A stretch of DNA of 64,000 nucleotides from Parvularculaceae bacterium (GTDB lineage: Bacteria; Pseudomonadota; Alphaproteobacteria; Caulobacterales; Parvularculaceae): the NCBI GenBank assembly GCA_041740755.1, contig JBGSLM010000197.1:2999-66998 (forward strand). The letters run 5' to 3'. Shown piece by piece: positions 60,552 to 64,000 of the stretch (within the stretch, counting starts at the first letter, position 1; the number at the start of each line of letters is the position of its first letter). The translations under genes were made by a program, and so were the position numbers. A model generated the notes under the pieces. It was not told where the DNA came from and did no database searches. It worked only from the letters and a program-made list of their open reading frames with translations.

Positions 60552-61586
60552 TCAGCAACCCGCTTCGCCAAGGCCAGGATTGAGACGCCCCAGTTCATCC
60601 GCGAACCGCAAGGACAGGTCGGCTGCGCCGGCGGCATTGGCGTGCGTCGCGTCAAGCCATTTCGAATGGTCGTTGGCGATGGCGCCCCCAAGATCGATGA
60701 AAGGCGCTTCGAGACCGAGATCCGTTTTGATCGCGTCCGGCATAACAGGCGCGCGCCAGGCGGGGAGATAAACATAGGCGACGTCTCGTTCGCGTTCTGC
60801 GGCAAGCATTTCGATCTTCTTCAGATAGGTACGCGAGAAGCGATATTCGAGCGGGCGCAGCGCCTTAGGAAGCCTCAACGAGGATGTGTCATCTTCGCGG
60901 GCGCCGAGCGCGGCATCGAGATCGCTTTCTGACAACTTCACGTCACGGAAGACCACACGGCCGTCGAGCAGGGGAAGCGTAAGGGTGCGATCGAGGTCAT
61001 GGCCCTGATAGAGGGCTGGATCGAATGTCGTGCGGACTGCGGCGCGACCGGTCAGCGTCTTGAACCAGAGCAGCGCCTGGCGCCCGGGAAGGCGCGCGAG
61101 ATCGGAGAAGTAGTTGAGGTTTATAAGCAAAGGCGCGGTCAAAACGTCGCTTGCGTCGGCGAGTTCGATAAAGGCGTAGTGCGGAAGCCGCGTCTCGACT
61201 TCATTGAGTTCGATGATCGTAATGGCCGGCGCTTTCGTCCGCATCGCTTCTTTCGCGATGACGTAATGCATGTTGCGGCCCGTGACGGGGAGGGCAAGGT
61301 TTGCGACGCGAATCCGGCGGCCCGTCGCCCTGCAATAGGCGGCTTCAATCTCAGGGCCGGAAAGTCCGCCCGCCATGCGCGACGTGCCGATCAGCGCAAC
61401 GTCGATGCGCGCCGGATCGAAGTGCAGGCGCTCAAAGATCCAGTCGGCCTTCCGCGTTGTTCCGGAATTGTGTTCCTGCCAGCGGTAATAGGGGTTCTGC
61501 GGCGCGACGATGCTGACGCCAAGAAGGCTTAGCGTAAAGATGAACGCTGCAAAGGCGAATGCGGACGGCGATAAGCTCTTTTCCAT
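60552..61586 (-). CDS. SGNH-like periplasmic acyltransferase partner of MBOAT
   Basis: N-terminal TM, LIGTSRM (GxS block I) and WLDATHAN (DxxH). Directly downstream of the MBOAT gene. Confidence 0.75.
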   Translation of the reverse strand: MEKSLSPSAFAFAAFIFTLSLLGVSIVAPQNPYYRWQEHNSGTTRKADWIFERLHFDPARIDVALIGTSRMAGGLSGPEIEAAYCRATGRRIRVANLALPVTGRNMHYVIAKEAMRTKAPAITIIELNEVETRLPHYAFIELADASDVLTAPLLINLNYFSDLARLPGRQALLWFKTLTGRAAVRTTFDPALYQGHDLDRTLTLPLLDGRVVFRDVKLSESDLDAALGAREDDTSSLRLPKALRPLEYRFSRTYLKKIEMLAAERERDVAYVYLPAWRAPVMPDAIKTDLGLEAPFIDLGGAIANDHSKWLDATHANAAGAADLSLRFADELGRLNPGLGEAGC

Positions 61587-61593
61587 CGCCGCC

Positions 61594-63054
61594 TCAGAAA
61601 TTGAAGTAGATGAAAATGGCGGGCCGCCACGCGACAGCTATTCCCGCCGCGAGCATGATCGCGGTCGCAGCCGCCGCCATCGGCGTTGGTTTAAGAATGC
61701 GTGCGCTGGCGGAAGCCTCCTTGGGGAACGGCTTGTCCAGCGCGTCGACATAACCTGCGACTTCAAGACTGTTCGGCGCAAAAAGCGCCAGCGCAGAGGC
61801 GAACGCCATCAGCGCGACAACATAGGGATCGGGCGAAAAAACTCCGACAGGCTCGGCAAGGCCGCCAAAGATTGCATGGGCCGTACTGACGCTGTCGGCT
61901 CGGAAATAAACCCAGGCGATCATCACGGCGCCGAGCAGGGCGGCCTGTTTGATGGCGGATGAAACCGGTCCCTGCATCCGGTCGAGCTGCGGCGCCCACA
62001 ACCGAGCTGCATGATTTGCTGTGATCAGCGACGCGTGGATTGCGCCCCATATGACGAATGTCCACGCAGCGCCGTGCCAGACCCCGCCGATCAGCATGGT
62101 GAGAAATATGTTCCTGAGACGGAAGAACTCGCCGCCCTTGTTGCCGCCAAGCGGAATGTACACATAATCGCGCAAGAATGCGGAAAGCGTCATGTGCCAG
62201 CGCCGCCAGAACTCGATGATCGACTTCGACCGGTAGGGCGAGTTGAAGTTGACGGGCAGGCGGACGCCGAGCATCAGGCCAAGCCCGATCGCCATGTCGC
62301 AATAGCCGGAAAAGTCGAAATAGATCTGTAGCGTGTAGCCGACCATCGCCATCCACGCAGCCGCTGCGCTGAGCGGATCGCCGGCGGCGGCTGACGCCCA
62401 GATAGGGTCGATCGCCCGCGCGATAGGATCCGCGATCAGCGTTTTCTTGGCGAGCCCCATCGCGAAGATCATAACGCCATAAGGAATATAGCTGGCATTG
62501 ACGCCGCGCTCCGCCAGCGAAGCAAATTGCGGGCGCGTGTAGCGGTGGTGAACGATCGGACCTGCAATCAATTGCGGGAAGAAGCTCACAAACAAAGTGA
62601 AGTCGCGAAAACTCTTTTCGCCATCCTTCGTTTTGTAGCAATCGACGAGATAGGCGATTTGCTGGAAGGTGAAGAACGAAATTCCGAGCGGCAGAATGAT
62701 ATTTTGCATCGTCCAGCCGGCGCCCGCGAGTGCGGCGATGTTTGATCCTGCAAAGTCGAGATATTTGAACCCGAAAATCAGCGCGAGATTTCCGATGACG
62801 CCGGCGATCATCGCGGCGCGCCTTGCTCCGTCCGGCGCAGAGGACGCTGCATACCGCCCGCACGCGTAATTGGCCGCGATCGAGGCGACCAGCAGTGTGA
62901 GATGGGCGATGCTCCACGCGCCATAGAATGCGAACGACGCAACAAGCAGGAAGGTGACGGAAAGACGACGCAGCCCCGCAGCGCGCAGGGCGTAAAATCC
63001 CAGGAGCGTAAGCGGGAGAAAAACCAGCAAAAAGGAATAGGAACTAAATACCAT
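61594..63054 (-). CDS. MBOAT O-acyltransferase (AlgI/PatA/DltB-like)
   Basis: LPLGISFFTFQ, FFPQLIAGPI, YFDFSGYCDMA, FWRRWHMTL, WHGA and C-terminal FIYFNF. Confidence 0.94.
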   Translation of the reverse strand: MVFSSYSFLLVFLPLTLLGFYALRAAGLRRLSVTFLLVASFAFYGAWSIAHLTLLVASIAANYACGRYAASSAPDGARRAAMIAGVIGNLALIFGFKYLDFAGSNIAALAGAGWTMQNIILPLGISFFTFQQIAYLVDCYKTKDGEKSFRDFTLFVSFFPQLIAGPIVHHRYTRPQFASLAERGVNASYIPYGVMIFAMGLAKKTLIADPIARAIDPIWASAAAGDPLSAAAAWMAMVGYTLQIYFDFSGYCDMAIGLGLMLGVRLPVNFNSPYRSKSIIEFWRRWHMTLSAFLRDYVYIPLGGNKGGEFFRLRNIFLTMLIGGVWHGAAWTFVIWGAIHASLITANHAARLWAPQLDRMQGPVSSAIKQAALLGAVMIAWVYFRADSVSTAHAIFGGLAEPVGVFSPDPYVVALMAFASALALFAPNSLEVAGYVDALDKPFPKEASASARILKPTPMAAAATAIMLAAGIAVAWRPAIFIYFNF

Positions 63055-63157
63055 GCGCCTGTTTGCGGGCCCCCTGAATAGCCGCCCGCAATCGCGACCT
63101 TCATGGTGAAGATTTCCTTTTCGGTTAAATCCCCGGGGACAGCCCGCGCCGGCAAAG

Positions 63158-63188
63158 AAAAAGCCCCGCAGGATGCCTGCGGGGCTTT
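63158..63188 (-). terminator. intrinsic terminator after TonB-dependent receptor
   Basis: AAAAAGCCCCGCAGG-atg-CCTGCGGGGCTTT, giving a U-tract on the minus strand. Confidence 0.85.
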
Positions 63189-63212
63189 CATTCGTTAATC
63201 GAAATTAACCGG

Positions 63213-64000
63213 TTAGAACTTCATCGAAGCTGAAACGCCCCAGATGCGCGGCTCGTTGACGAAGCCGGTCAGGTTATTGAAGTCGATTGCGCCCTTGACG
63301 TTTTCCGCATCGAGAATGTTGCGGGCGAAGAGGGCGACGTCGACCTTGCCGTCGTTGAACATGTAGCCGAAGCGCGCGCCGCCTTCGATGTTGCCGCTCG
63401 TGTTGAATTCGGCCGACTCATAGAGGAAGAGGTTGGTTTTGCCCTGTCCCGCCCAATCGGTGAAGAAGTAGAGTTCATCGCTGTCGCCGCCGACCGGCAT
63501 TGCAAGGCGCGTGGTGACGTTCCACGTCCATTTTGGAGCCTGCGGGAAGGGATTGCCGGTGATGACCGCGTTGCCCATCATGTCGATCGGGTCGGTGACG
63601 GTGCATCCGCCGCCGCACGGCGCGACGGCAAGGCCGGGTTCGGTGATCTCGGTGTCGTTGTAGCTGAGGCCGCCGGTGACGAGGAAATTGTCGGACAGCA
63701 GCCATTCGAGGTCGGCTTCAAAGCCCCAGGCTTCGCCATCTGCGTTGACGAGCTGGTTGAAGTTGCCAAGTCCGCCGATCGCCGAGAACTGGAGATTGTT
63801 CGCATCGTAGTAGAAGCCAGTCGCGTTGAAGCGCATCCGGTTGTTGAAGAGTTCGGACTTGATGCCGGCTTCAAAGGACTGGATCGTTTCCGATGTCGCT
63901 GTTGTCGGTGAGCCGAAAAACGCGACGTCCCGTCCCTGAATGGTCGGCGCCCGGAAGCCGCGCGCGACGCGGGCGTAGAAATTGACCGAATCCGAGGCTT
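63213..64000 (-). CDS. TonB-dependent receptor, C-terminal part (5' end beyond window)
   Basis: FYARVARGFRAP, FEAGIKSE, FARNILD, alternating beta-strands and a terminal Phe (..SASMKF). Confidence 0.92.
   Translation of the reverse strand, partial: ASDSVNFYARVARGFRAPTIQGRDVAFFGSPTTATSETIQSFEAGIKSELFNNRMRFNATGFYYDANNLQFSAIGGLGNFNQLVNADGEAWGFEADLEWLLSDNFLVTGGLSYNDTEITEPGLAVAPCGGGCTVTDPIDMMGNAVITGNPFPQAPKWTWNVTTRLAMPVGGDSDELYFFTDWAGQGKTNLFLYESAEFNTSGNIEGGARFGYMFNDGKVDVALFARNILDAENVKGAIDFNNLTGFVNEPRIWGVSASMKF

Noticed and set aside
63195-63209. CtrA box near the MBOAT promoter (TTAA-tcgaaa-TTAAC)
   Set aside because: The spacer is 6 nt rather than 7, and the site lies between the receptor stop and its terminator.

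Overview
GC-rich (about 60%) alphaproteobacterial chromosome segment. Gene order and protein style suggest a Caulobacterales/Parvularculales-like lineage, which is an inference. It is mostly core genome: prpB-prpC-folE, map-radC, sdaA, tRNA-Leu, gltA-gltX-comEC-lexA-trpCDG/trpE-ppiD-tpiA, secG-pyrG and pdhB/pdhC, interleaved with hydrolases and envelope genes. No integrase, transposase, prophage or CRISPR array was seen. Six observations stand out. (1) The same palindromic DNA repeat family is inserted in frame in the linkers of both PdhB and PdhC, and several other repeat families lie between genes, one nested inside another. (2) A sensor-less PleC/DivJ-like kinase with a degenerate N-box is paired with a HerA-like ATPase with an altered Walker B, behind a CtrA-like box. 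(3) An orphan membrane-anchored phage-type lysozyme has a degenerate catalytic motif reminiscent of SpmX. (4) A tRNA-Leu(UAA) has an 8-nt anticodon loop. (5) A TadG-like gene carries two in-frame amber codons and lies near a degenerate radC. (6) Small uncharacterised modules are present: an AYIGPG peptide with a sulfotransferase, a TPR protein with a mono-heme cytochrome, a membrane LytTR regulator with a hydrolase and phased repeats, and an MBOAT/SGNH pair with twin RKRWRWFD proteins. All calls come from motif recognition by eye; no database searches were run.
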